Assembly (NCBI GenBank): GCA_910592345.1
Contig: CAJVPI010000221.1
Coordinates: forward strand, 1 to 41,365
From: Paraglomus brasilianum
Taxonomy: Eukaryota
Length of the DNA stretch: 41,365 nucleotides
Reading direction: 5' to 3'
Below, in pieces: positions 22,536 to 33,458 of this stretch. Both the position numbers and the translations under genes were made by a program. The number at the start of each line of letters is the position of its first letter. Within the stretch, counting starts at the first letter, position 1. Under the pieces are notes generated by a model. The model was not told the origin of the DNA and made no database searches. It saw only the letters and a list, made by a program, of their open reading frames with translations.

Positions 22536-25263
22536 ATGTTATCACCTGCGCAGTCGCAAGTTAGTAAAAGCGTTTCCGAATGCCCGGCAATCGACCGGCT
22601 AATCAAGTCTGCCAAAACCAGCGACGATGAAATTACGTGGATCCCAGATTCTGAACTTTTAGATATAAAGCCAATTCAAATTGCAACAAGTCAACCCTTT
22701 CATTATCGTTTTGCTAAACGTAATCAAACACGGCCTGATGGTACGCTTGGGCGTAAGACGGTTGTAATGCTATTACTTGGTACCAGTGATAAATGCACAT
22801 CGGAACATGTCAATGAATTTGCTAGGATATATTCATTTCCAACACACGAGTATGAAAACCCACCCAACATTAAACATTTCCAAAGATATCCATATTGGCT
22901 CGTCCGCCGCAACAAATTAATAAACGGATTTACCAAATACGAGAGCAATTATTATCTAATAGCTGATGCCATATTTCACCATTCTCATTTTCTTCATGGG
23001 TTCTGCTCTTCGTGCGGAATACTTCGGTGTAGCCCCGTGTGGTGTATTTGCGGTCACAAAGAGTTATCTAATGGATGGACTAGCAACAACAAGACCCTCG
23101 ACGCATTCATCAAGAAAACACAGATGCAAACAAAATCAGGAAACGAAGCCTACTTGGAGTGGCTTCCGTCTGGTCCGCTTGAATTTGATGATATCGAAAA
23201 TCTAGTTTCATTTGGGCCTCGTGGTCTTTTACACCGTCCACACGCTATCGAGGTGATTCCGCTTGAAATATCAGATAAAACGGACGATTCGTATTACCGT
23301 AGAGTAAGCATTATATCATTAAATGCAAGCTTGAAACAGTAATTGCTCAAATTTGTATTGACGATAATAAATTTATACCCCCCCCCTAGTTATGCAATGC
23401 TCATCCGGATATACTTGACACGACAGTTTGGATGTCGATTGGATTTTCGTACAACTTGTTCTTTAGAAAATATGAATTGATCAAAGATGGTACTGACCCT
23501 GGACAGAAAACCTATAAAGATGGATTATGCTTGGCTTGCACAGAGTGCTTGGATTCTAGAATAAGCGCGTTTTGTTTTGAATGCAAAGCACCGAAACCTC
23601 TTAATTGGACTGCCGGCAACAAATCCTTAGACTCGCTCATGATGGAATCGTGGAAGAATACAGATGCGATCTTTGATAGTCATCTGCAATGGATAGAATA
23701 TTCTCAGTTAATCAATATACAGGAAACACCGTCGTTAGAACATGGATGCACGCGAACGGCAAATTGGCTAAGACGAACAGCAAATAAAAATGAATTGATA
23801 AAAGTGATGCTCAAGAAGGTGATTGATGGAGAGAATGCCCAATTTTTTGATTTTTGTCAGGTAAATGGTTAAAAACTTCAAGTCCTGTATTCGAAATGTG
23901 CATGGTCTTAACACTGTTGAAACATAGTTGACCGAAAGTTATCCAGAGATAACCACTCCTCGAAACATCTGGATTATTGGAATCACTCGAGAGTTATCGA
24001 CCGGAGACTATTACTTGATGTTTTATCACGACATTATTTCAGCCTTGAACAGATTTATGGAGATTGAGAGCTTGAATGAGTTTAACAGAATGAAATTTAT
24101 AGATTATACCAACTTTGGTGAAATTGAAGAGATTGGTTCTGGAGGTTATGGAACAGTCTATACTGCCAAATGCAAAGCAGATGTATATTTCTTAAAAAAA
24201 GATCAACGCGTCGCGCTAAAACGATTTAAAAATTTTAATCAGACAATAACCCCGTTCATTTCTGAGGTACGTGTCATTACTGTGAAGAAATTTATTTTTT
24301 TTTATTCAGTGATTTAATGCTATAACTTGTCTTAATAGCTCAGGAATCATATTAGGTGCTCTAAACCAGGATCCCTCAATGTCTACGGAGTCACCAGACG
24401 GCCAGACACAGAAGAGTACATTATTGTCCTGCAATATGCTAGTGATGGCGATCTTCAGTCTTACTTGGATGAAAATATTAACAGACTGACATGGAAGATG
24501 AAGCTGGAATGCGTAAAGGGTATTGTGGATCGCCTGATTGCTATCCATGATACAGGATTAGTACATTGTGATCTCCATGGTGGAAACATAGTTTTGGATA
24601 AAATACTAAAGTTAGAATATGATTATTTGAGCAAGCAATTCGTGCGGGGCCTTAGCAAGCCATTTATATGTGATTTTGGACTTTCTCAATCAGAGAATTC
24701 ATCCAAATCGGATTCTTCAACCGTTCAAGGTGTATTACCATATATTGCACCGGAAATTTTTCAAATTCGCAAGTTTACCCAAAAATCAGATATCTATGCG
24801 CTCGGAATTCTTATGTATCAGATTGCTAGTGGTGAGCTACCTTTTAGGGATTTGCCATTTGACAAGAATTTGGCAATACGCATTTGTGGTGGGCTGCGGC
24901 CAGAGATGCCGGAATCGGCACCAGAGCCTTATAAGCGACTTGCTGAGAAATGCTGTAATGCTGATCCCAACGAGCGTCCAGATGCCAGAAAACTTTATTC
25001 GCTCGTAGTTGACCAAATTCGGGAGGCTGACAAGGATAAATCCCATAACAATGTGTGGAATACCATCTTTTACAACGAGAAGATAAAACCATTGTCGCGT
25101 GTTGAAAAGGAGAGCAAGTTTTCCAGCAAGCTTTTACCTACTGGAAATTCAATGCTAGGTATTATTAGTAATGAAGTGTGTAAAGAGATTATCAGCATTG
25201 CTAACCTTATTTTTATTTAATCTTTCTACTTGACCAGCAACTCAAGATTTCGGACAATATTAA
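22536..25263 (+). CDS. Glomeromycotina-type TKL-like protein kinase with Cys-rich and degenerate N-lobe modules (exons 22536-23303, 23390-23860, 23928-24266, 24339-25158, 25238-25263)
   Basis: Motifs IGSGGYGTVY, VALK, QYASDGDL, HCDLHGGN, DFG, YIAPE, SDIYALG and CCNADPNERP. The first three GT-AG introns are phase 0 and in frame. The start codon and last exon are less certain (alternative stop at 25220). Confidence 0.88.
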
Positions 25264-26004
25264 TTAACATGAGGCGTTAATGTAGAAACAGACTGTGTGA
25301 AATAAATTGTAATATATCCAGTACGAGTATGCTTTCGTTCATTTATTGTTCTCCAACAACGGTTCTTTATGTGAAATACGGCACTTGTCTATTCAACACG
25401 GGTGGTTATAAGTAGTTACGATTAACAAGCACGTGGTCTAACAGACGTAAGTGTGGCAAATAATATGCTAGACTTGGTTTCATTTTGGACGCGCTTGCCG
25501 TGGCATACGCTACATCTATCCCGTTCGCATACTTCTAATTTTGCTATCACAAATAATGTTCATTTTGTACGGTTAGTAATATAAAAGCCCCAGAGTACCT
25601 ATATAGATAGGACTGAAACGAGCAGACAAGCAGAGAACAGCTTAGTGTAATAAAACCCAGTTTGTAAATATATGACACGGGTTCATTGGTGGTGCGTCCG
25701 TAATGACAAAACAGGATACTATCTTGATTTAAGCATTGTCTCTTTTTAAGATATTACATATATGATTACTCAACCATTCCTATTCACTCACTGTGTATTC
25801 TATACTAAAAAAGGTCAAGTATCCCTGGTTGTAAATATCTGTGTTACTGAAGATCAGGGATCCTTTTTTTTCTCGGAAGATTCGACCGCGCGTCTTACTT
25901 GTACGCGCCAAAGCTTCATTTGATTGGGCTTCGGAAGCAATACGTCTATAGAATTTTTTTTCTTTTTTCTAACTGTTTGCCCATTCATTCTCCCTGCGTG
26001 CCCA

Positions 26005-27395
26005 ATGTTTATCGGAATAATAGGAACCCCGTGCTCGGGAAAGCACACGGTAGCGGGCTGGCTTGTAAAAGAGCATAACTTTAAGGCTTTATCCCTACGT
26101 GAAAACAAACGTGACGACCTCCACCCATTGATTTTTAAGAGTGCAGAGAATTTATTACTATACGTTACTGAAAATTGGGAAGATAATTTTGTTACATGTG
26201 ATATTGATAGCGAAGAGATACTTGCATCTTACAGGTTTGTAGCAGTCCATGTCGCATCTTTTCAAATATAGCTATTAACTCAATCGTCAATTATTGCTAC
26301 GCTGGTAATATAGGAGACGGCCCTTCTTTCTATTGATAGCAGTAGATGGACCGGTGATGCTGAGATATGAGAGATATCGCAATCGGTATGCAAGATGATC
26401 TAACCGTGTTCCAAATGGAGTTCATGTATAGATGTCTAATATATACTCATTCATTTAGCAAGTGCAAATTAGAGAAATCACTACAAAGTCTAGAACAATT
26501 TATCGAAAACAACGATCACAGTGTCTTTCAATATTCATCCGAATCCCCTTCACCTTCATCACCATCTCTTTACAAAATGACGTCTACATCTGATCTGACG
26601 ATTGTCAATGCCTTTCACGAACTTTCTTGTTTCTATTCTCACCTATCAACACTAGAAATAACTAATCACGAAAGATTACGACCAATATGGGATTCCTATT
26701 TTATGTACATGGCTGATCTAGCAGCCAAGAGATCTAATTGCATGAAGCGTAGAGTTGGGTGCATTCTAGTGAGAAATCATAGGGTTGTGGCTACGGGATA
26801 CAATGGAACACCAATGGGACTCAAAAACTGTAACGAGGGGGGATGTCCAAAATGTAACATGGGTTCTAATTGTGGAGACAGGTCGGATTACTGTCTATGC
26901 TTACACGCTGAGGAAAACGCTTTATTAGAGGCGGGGAGGGCCAGAGTGGGGGAAAAAAGTATATTGTATTGTAATACGTAAGTTCTGGCGTGTGATGGCG
27001 GGGTGACTAGAGGCCAAGGGTATTTAGAACTGATCGCTGCAATCTATGCTTTGTATATCGTCTGTCTGTAAATACAGGTGTCCATGTCTTGGTAAGTTCA
27101 ACGATGGTCTGAAATGATTACCGAAATTAGTTTCTAAACACTAAATGAATACCCATTAAGTAGATTGTACAAAGAAACTTATACAAGTTGGCGTTTCGGA
27201 AGTCGTCTACAATTAGCAAGTATTCTTCTTTTTTTTCCTTTTACCACTGACTGATTCACCGTTTGCCATTCCATATTGATTGTGTTTCGTTTGACTAGTT
27301 CCTACAAATCGGATGAAATGACGGCAAAATTGTTGGAGGCAGCGAAAGTGAAATTTCGGCAGTATTCGACAAAGTGTACAGTTAGAATTGTATGA
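26005..27395 (+). CDS. DCD1: dCMP deaminase with N-terminal P-loop-like domain, 6 exons including one GC-AG intron
   Basis: Motifs MFIGIIGTPCSGKHTV, RPIWDSYFM..AAKRSNCMKRRVG, TGYNG, CLHAEENAL and T/CPCL/DCTKK (zinc motif). The final exon ends ..LEAAKVKFRQYS..*. Confidence 0.95.
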
Positions 27396-27711
27396 TAAGC
27401 GCTGCTTCGACTGTATAAATAGCATTTAGACAATTTTGAATCAACCGAATAAAATGCCTTGGAGTGTTTATTTATAAACCGGTCGTCTCAATGATGACCG
27501 ATGTTTATTAGAATGAGTTAATCCTCGGATCTTAGTATGCAAAGGCCACAGATTGTATGAATAAACTATAGAATGATAAACTGTTTCTCCTACACACAGA
27601 TGAAGCTGACTCTAACAAGTAGAAACAGTATAAATTATGTTATTTAACTACTGTACATCTATGCTCCCAAAAATTATTCGGAATTACGTAAAACTCAACA
27701 CTCGATCCTTC

Positions 27712-29111
27712 TTATCCCATGCCACAAATGGTTAAATCTTTCATCTGTTGCAATACCTCCTCAACCTTACCATCGACTTCTCTATCAGACGGGAATTCAC
27801 TATTCAAGCTTCCAAATGCGTCATAACTCTCTTGGCAGAACCGCAATTGAATTTTCACCAAGGCTTCGAATGATGGGTCTAGATATGGTACTCGAAGGTC
27901 CACGAGTTCAGGCATCTCGGTGACAAGTTGGTTATTGAGAGATTCATAGATTTCTCTAGCCTCATTGAGCTGTTGCTCAGCCTATATTTAAGAAAATTAT
28001 TTATGATGCCTGTGGAATGATTCTTTACGATAAAGAGGCTATTAAATGACACTTACCCGTGGTAATTTGTCGGGATCATCAGAAGAGGGTTTTTCAACTA
28101 GTTTACGCACTTTGGCTCGTTGAGAGTCATAGTCTAGCAGCTTTTTGTTTCGTTTTTTGATGGCATCGTTTATTTCTGGAAAGTATCCGCTGAATCTATT
28201 TATTGGCTCTGATACAGTGGTTTTATATGGCTCTACCTAGAGTTGACAATATGATTAATTCAGATGCTGAGAAAATTTCATCAACGGGGTGCAAACGATT
28301 CACTACGAAAACGGGGTTACCAATAACTCTTTACAATCAACATCAAGTTGGTCAGCCACTTGTTTATATCTAGACCCAGTGTAGTTATTGTCACTCGAAC
28401 CCTGATAGAAATGATCAACAGTTTCGGCAATACGCGTTTGAGCGCTTATCATTGCTTCCAAAATGAGAGCGAGAACAATCAATAAAAATTCTACGTATCT
28501 TCAAAATAAAAGCACAACTTTTAAAAGAAAAACTTACATCGAAGCGAATTCAAGTAACCTTTAGCTTCTTTGTTGAGCTTTTCAGTTTTGGCTTGTAGAC
28601 TGGAATCAAAAAGTGTTCGTTTAAATTAATACAAGAAAATGTCCACTATGATTACTCATCCTACGCAGAATGCAAGTCTCTACTGTGAAAACTCAAGATA
28701 CAAACTTTTTGATACGTCGTTCCTCCTCTTCGAATCGATTATCAACCTATGAAGATAAATATTCAAAAGTAGATTTTAGATAGCGCTATCCTGACAGTAG
28801 CCAACACATGCTCTATCGTCCATAGGCATCAAACATGACGTCAAAACAAGAACACATACCGTCTTCTCCATCGCCCCAGTCTTTTGCATCAACTGTAACC
28901 GGAATGCAAAAAATACATATGCTTAGCTATATATATATCCTGAAGTAGTTGGTGGTATCAAAATGCCCGCCATTACCTGGGTTGTATTGCGATGGAGACT
29001 TTTCTTGAGTCCTTGCCTATGTATATAAAATGTAAGCATTTCTGTACCGGCGAATAATACAACAATTTTGCCAGGTGACGGGACGGCCAAATTTTAATTA
29101 TACCATGTCAT
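27712..29111 (-). CDS. RVS161: BAR-domain amphiphysin Rvs161/Hob3, 8 exons
   Basis: Spliced reading MTWQGLKKSLHRNTTQ/LMQKTG..KT/VDNRFEEEERR..KLNKEAKGYLNSLR..YFPEINDAIKKRNKKLLDYD..LVDLRVPYLDPSFEALVKIQLRFC. Confidence 0.94.
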
Positions 29112-29227
29112 TGTTACAGAAAACAAGTGATAAAGTAAGCCTGTCTTGCAGAAGATACCATGAAATCTGAGAAACTGGTTTATTATTTAAAGTGAACATA
29201 GTAATAGTAATAATAAATAGCGTTACA

Positions 29228-29278
29228 GAAAGATTTCAGGGGTTGAAAGATTTCAGGGGTCGAAAGATTTCAAGGTTC
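29228..29278. repeat. Three tandem 17-bp units upstream of RVS161
   Basis: GAAAGATTTCAGGGGTT GAAAGATTTCAGGGGTC GAAAGATTTCAAGGTTC. Confidence 0.85.
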
Positions 29279-29414
29279 AAGCCGCTGAAACAAAACAAAA
29301 GTTGGCCAAGCAGACTAAGACTATTGTTGGATGGATAAAATAATTGTAAATGATTAGAACATTTATTTCTTCGAGAATACACAATGTATTGGTATATTCC
29401 TGTTGACAATCAGT

Positions 29415-30274
29415 CAGCAAGCGAGAATGAATTGCTTACTGAAATTGCATCCATTCCGCATACGCATGAACAAAAAAAGTGATAACACAATGTTTGGACT
29501 ATTAATAGTTTGGTTAAAATAGACAATTCAACCAACCTGAATTATCGATATAAATTCTTCTTACGCATCCATTTGTTTAACGCAACCATCGATGTAGTTA
29601 GTAAATTAGGAGTATTGAGTATCTGTTAGCACCCTATTATGAGAACATGGCATACGTTTTGGCACTGTCACAATTAATTTACGTACTACCGAAACTTTGC
29701 GTCGTTTTGCTTCTCAACGTCCAGAATTATTCCGGTGTTGTTTTTCGTTTGTTTAACTTGACTGGAAATACCATGTGTAAGAAGCAGCTTTAAAATATCG
29801 TTAGTGATTTATTTAGACGTCCTAATACGAATCAGGACAGCAGAACCGCATGTGAAGAAGTTATTATATAAAAATACATGTTTACATAACAAGTGCTTTA
29901 TGTGAATAGTTTACGGTTGAATTAGAATTTGATAGCATTTTTGTGTGACAGTGATATTAATTTCATAGAACGTGATCAATTCGCTTAACTTTCAACCTCC
30001 ATGTTGGTTAACGTGTTATTATTATGTATAACTCGTAGACGGAGCACGAATAATTTGGAGATAACTACAATTCAAAAGCACATACGTATAAATTTATCAA
30101 CTAAAACCTTTATTTTATTTCAAACTAGATACTAATGCTACTCATTGATAAACATATTGCAGTTTATATATAACGCAATTTTATTTTGATCAATTTCCTG
30201 TTACTTTATTGAGATCGTCTAAGGCATTTGTCTTGTTTTCGGGGTTGCCGTCCTCGTTGTTTTTATGAAGCATT
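29415..30274. repeat. Segmental duplication, copy 1 (3' end and downstream region of the TPR gene)
   Basis: Colinear with 38988-39821. Shared blocks include CAGCAAGCGAGAATGAATTGCT, TATCTGTTAGCACCCTATTATGAGAACATGGCATACGTTTT and CAATTTCCTGTTACTTTATTGAGATC. Confidence 0.92.
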
Positions 30275-33200
30275 CGATAGACTTTCCCCCTGAGTTCCAA
30301 TATAGACGCGTTATTTGGATCAATCTCCAACGACTTATCGAGATCAACCAATGCATTGTCATATTGATTAAGCATTTGATAGACTTCCCCCCTTACGCTC
30401 AATGCAAATGCACTATTTGGATCAATCTCCAACGACTTATTGAGATCAACCAATGCATTGTCATATTGATTAAGCATTCGATAGACTTCCCCCCTTACGC
30501 TCAATGCAATTGCACTATTTGGATCAATATCCAACGATTTATTGAGATCAATCAATGCATTGTCATATTGATCAAGCATTCGATAGACTTTCCCCCTTCT
30601 TCTCAATGCCAATGCATCATTCGGATCAATCTCCAACAATTTATTGAGATCAACCAATGCATTATCATATTGATCAAGCATTCGATAGACTTCCCCCCTT
30701 CCGCTCAATGCAACTTCATTATTCGGATCAATTTCCAACGATTTATTGAGATCAACTAACGCATTATCATATTGATTAAGCATTCGATAGACTTCCCCCC
30801 TTCCTCCCAATGCAAATGCACTATTCGGATCAATCTCCAACGATTTATTGAGATCAACTAATGTATTGTCATATTGATTAAGCATTCGATAGACTTCCCC
30901 CCTTTCCCTCAATGCATATGCATTATTTGGTTCAATCTCCAACAATTTATTGAGATCAACCAATGCATTGTCATATTGATTAAGCATTCGATAGACATCC
31001 CCCCTTCTTATCAATGCCAATGCACTATTCGGATCAATCTCCAACGACTTATTGAGATCAACTAATGCATTGTCATATTGATTAAGCATTCGATAGACTT
31101 CCCCCCTTTCTCTCAATGCATATGCATTATTTAGTTCAATCTCCAATGACTGTTTAAGATTTTTAAGAGACTGTCTATATTCAGATTGAAGCCTATAATT
31201 CTCTCCGAGTATTGCCCAAGCTCTGGCGTTTTTAGGATTATTTTTGATAGTCTCATTTATATAATCATAACATTTTTGATAGTCTGAACAATACATATAT
31301 GCAGCAGCAAGATCACACTGAATGGTGGAACTGTTAGGATAATGTTCAAGTGCTCTTTCCAGCCAGGTTATTGCATCTCTAAATCTTCTATTATTGAAAG
31401 CTTTCTTGCCTTGTCTGTATGTGGGGTGTTGTCCTTTTGGTCTTCTAATTCTTTGCACAAGAGTTTTTTTAGGTTTCATTTTCAATAAATATAAAAACTT
31501 TGTTTTCATTATAGAATATTCCTCAGAATCACTATCTATATCATCCTGGTTTCCTACAGCTGTTGTAAAGTTATTTGTGTTGGCTTTTGGTGTAATATGT
31601 CCAGTTTCAACAAACTTTTCATACAATGCTTTATAGATAGGTGAACTTTCTAGTAATTTGGTATCTTGAATTTTGATTTTCTGATTACAATAAAAACATT
31701 TTAATGAAAGATAATTTAATTTCATAAATGTCTCTAATGCTGAATAACTGATTTTGTGTCCACATGGTAATATCCTAAAGTCATCTGTAACTTTCTGTGT
31801 AAAGGGGCATGTGAGATGATCTGCCACCATATCCAAAATTAACAAATCATTTGGATTGGAATCAAGCAATTCCTCAGGGGTCTGTCCTAGCACTGCTTTT
31901 TGCTTTGACATTGATGTTTCTGATAGTAATGTGGGCCTGGTAAATTTATAATTTATATTAATGTATTCTATTGCATCCTGAAGGCTTTTATTAATATTAG
32001 CTCCATCCAATTCTGCAAGATGTTCAATATGTTGGGATAGATCTACTTTGACAACTGAAAAGGTATTAGTAACAGTATCTGGTTCCCTGTTATAAAGTGT
32101 CATCAAGACTTCCATTGCTTTAAATTGAATGTTTTCTGTCAACACAATGTCAAGTGTCAATTTTGCAAGATAATAACAGTGAGCCAAAGTACTAGTATTC
32201 TTTGTAGATAATATAAGTTTTTGAGTAATTTCTAATATGCCATACAATAAAGAGTATGGATATGATACAGGGGCATAGCCACCAATATGGACCAAAGTGT
32301 GCTTCAAGTTAGACTTAAAGGAATCCATCTTTGATTCTGATTTTACAGCAGCTTTGGCCCATTCTTGATCTCCAAATCTCCACAAGTCTTTAATAATCAT
32401 CAATTCACCTTTGAAAACTAAATCCTTATTGATTGGTATATCTGACCATTCAACAAATGCTTGATATGTACTGTATAGATATCTCCAATCCTTGTACCAA
32501 TAGCTGATAGGAAACTTGGGACTTAATGCTTGTTGAATATTATTATATGTCTCAAGAGAAGTATTGTTATCAAATGGTGTTTGAATATTTGCCATAATAT
32601 TAGCCATGCCTGGTAAAATTCCAACCAAGCCAGTGAATGCAGCTTGCAGTGCATTTATAATCTTAAATAAGACTGTCTCATCATCATGCATTGCATGAAG
32701 AGTGTCCCGTAAATGTATAAGTAAAAAATCAATATTGTAATTCTGGCAATTGATACCTTTCTCTAAATTAGAATACAAGTCATATGCAGTTCTTTGTTCA
32801 TTGTATGGATTGTACTCAGATTTAATGTTTTTGTTCAAACCATTCCTTAGTGCTTCAGCATGCCGTTGATGAAAATCATTCAAAACAGCAAGATGTCCAT
32901 ACAAGGACTCACGGAATTCCTTTGTCATTATTGCTGGTCTCCTGCCCCATGCTTCTAATGCCAACACATATGTCCTGAGATGTAGCTCCAACTCCATACC
33001 AGTTGTTACTGTATGTGTCATATATGAAATGTTTGCAGTTCCTATTGTCTTCAATATATTTTCCAATTGACCATTATCCAATCTATCCTTGGTTGTCAAT
33101 AACAAGTTATGGAGTCTGATAAAGTGATGCCTGCTGTCATTGTTGTTGCTAATTGATTCTAAGCATTTGATCACCTGTTCCCTCAATTGGATTGCACTCA

Positions 33201-33458
33201 GATTTTTGTCCGATTGGGTACTATCATCAATCTCATTGTCTTCAGTTTGTTTGGCTTTGCCTTTGTTTTTCGTTTTCGAGAATGATGATTCACCATTGTT
33301 CTGACATAAAGTATGGAATAACATATTAGTTACGATCAACTGCGTAAAGTATAATTGTGAATGTCGGTGGCTATGCGATAGACTATAATTCTGTTTCCCA
33401 TATCGTATTGCTTTAATAAATGTTGCAACATGTTCATACTTACTATAGCCTCTGCCAT
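30190..33458 (-). CDS. U-box/RING-like plus TPR-array protein, ~1041 aa (exon 1 33458-33444 MAEAI, intron 33443-33301, exon 2 33300-30190)
   Basis: Open 3.1-kb frame containing LTCPFT..ILPCGHKIS....CFYC (U-box/RING-like), about 3 diverged TPRs, then 8 near-identical TPRs. A GTAAGT donor, ACTAAT branch and CAG acceptor give an in-frame ATG start. The alternative unspliced ATG is at 33324. Confidence 0.88.
30268..31125 (-). repeat. Coding tandem array of 8 full and 1 partial 102-bp TPR units
   Basis: Consensus AxALxxRGEVYRMLNQYDNALVDLNKSLEIDPN(S/N/D) fits TPR consensus positions G8, Y11, Y17, A20 and P32. Confidence 0.97.

Noticed and set aside
30265..31065. Plus-strand repetitive ORFs (164 aa, 63 aa)
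   Set aside because: Antisense shadows of the TPR array.
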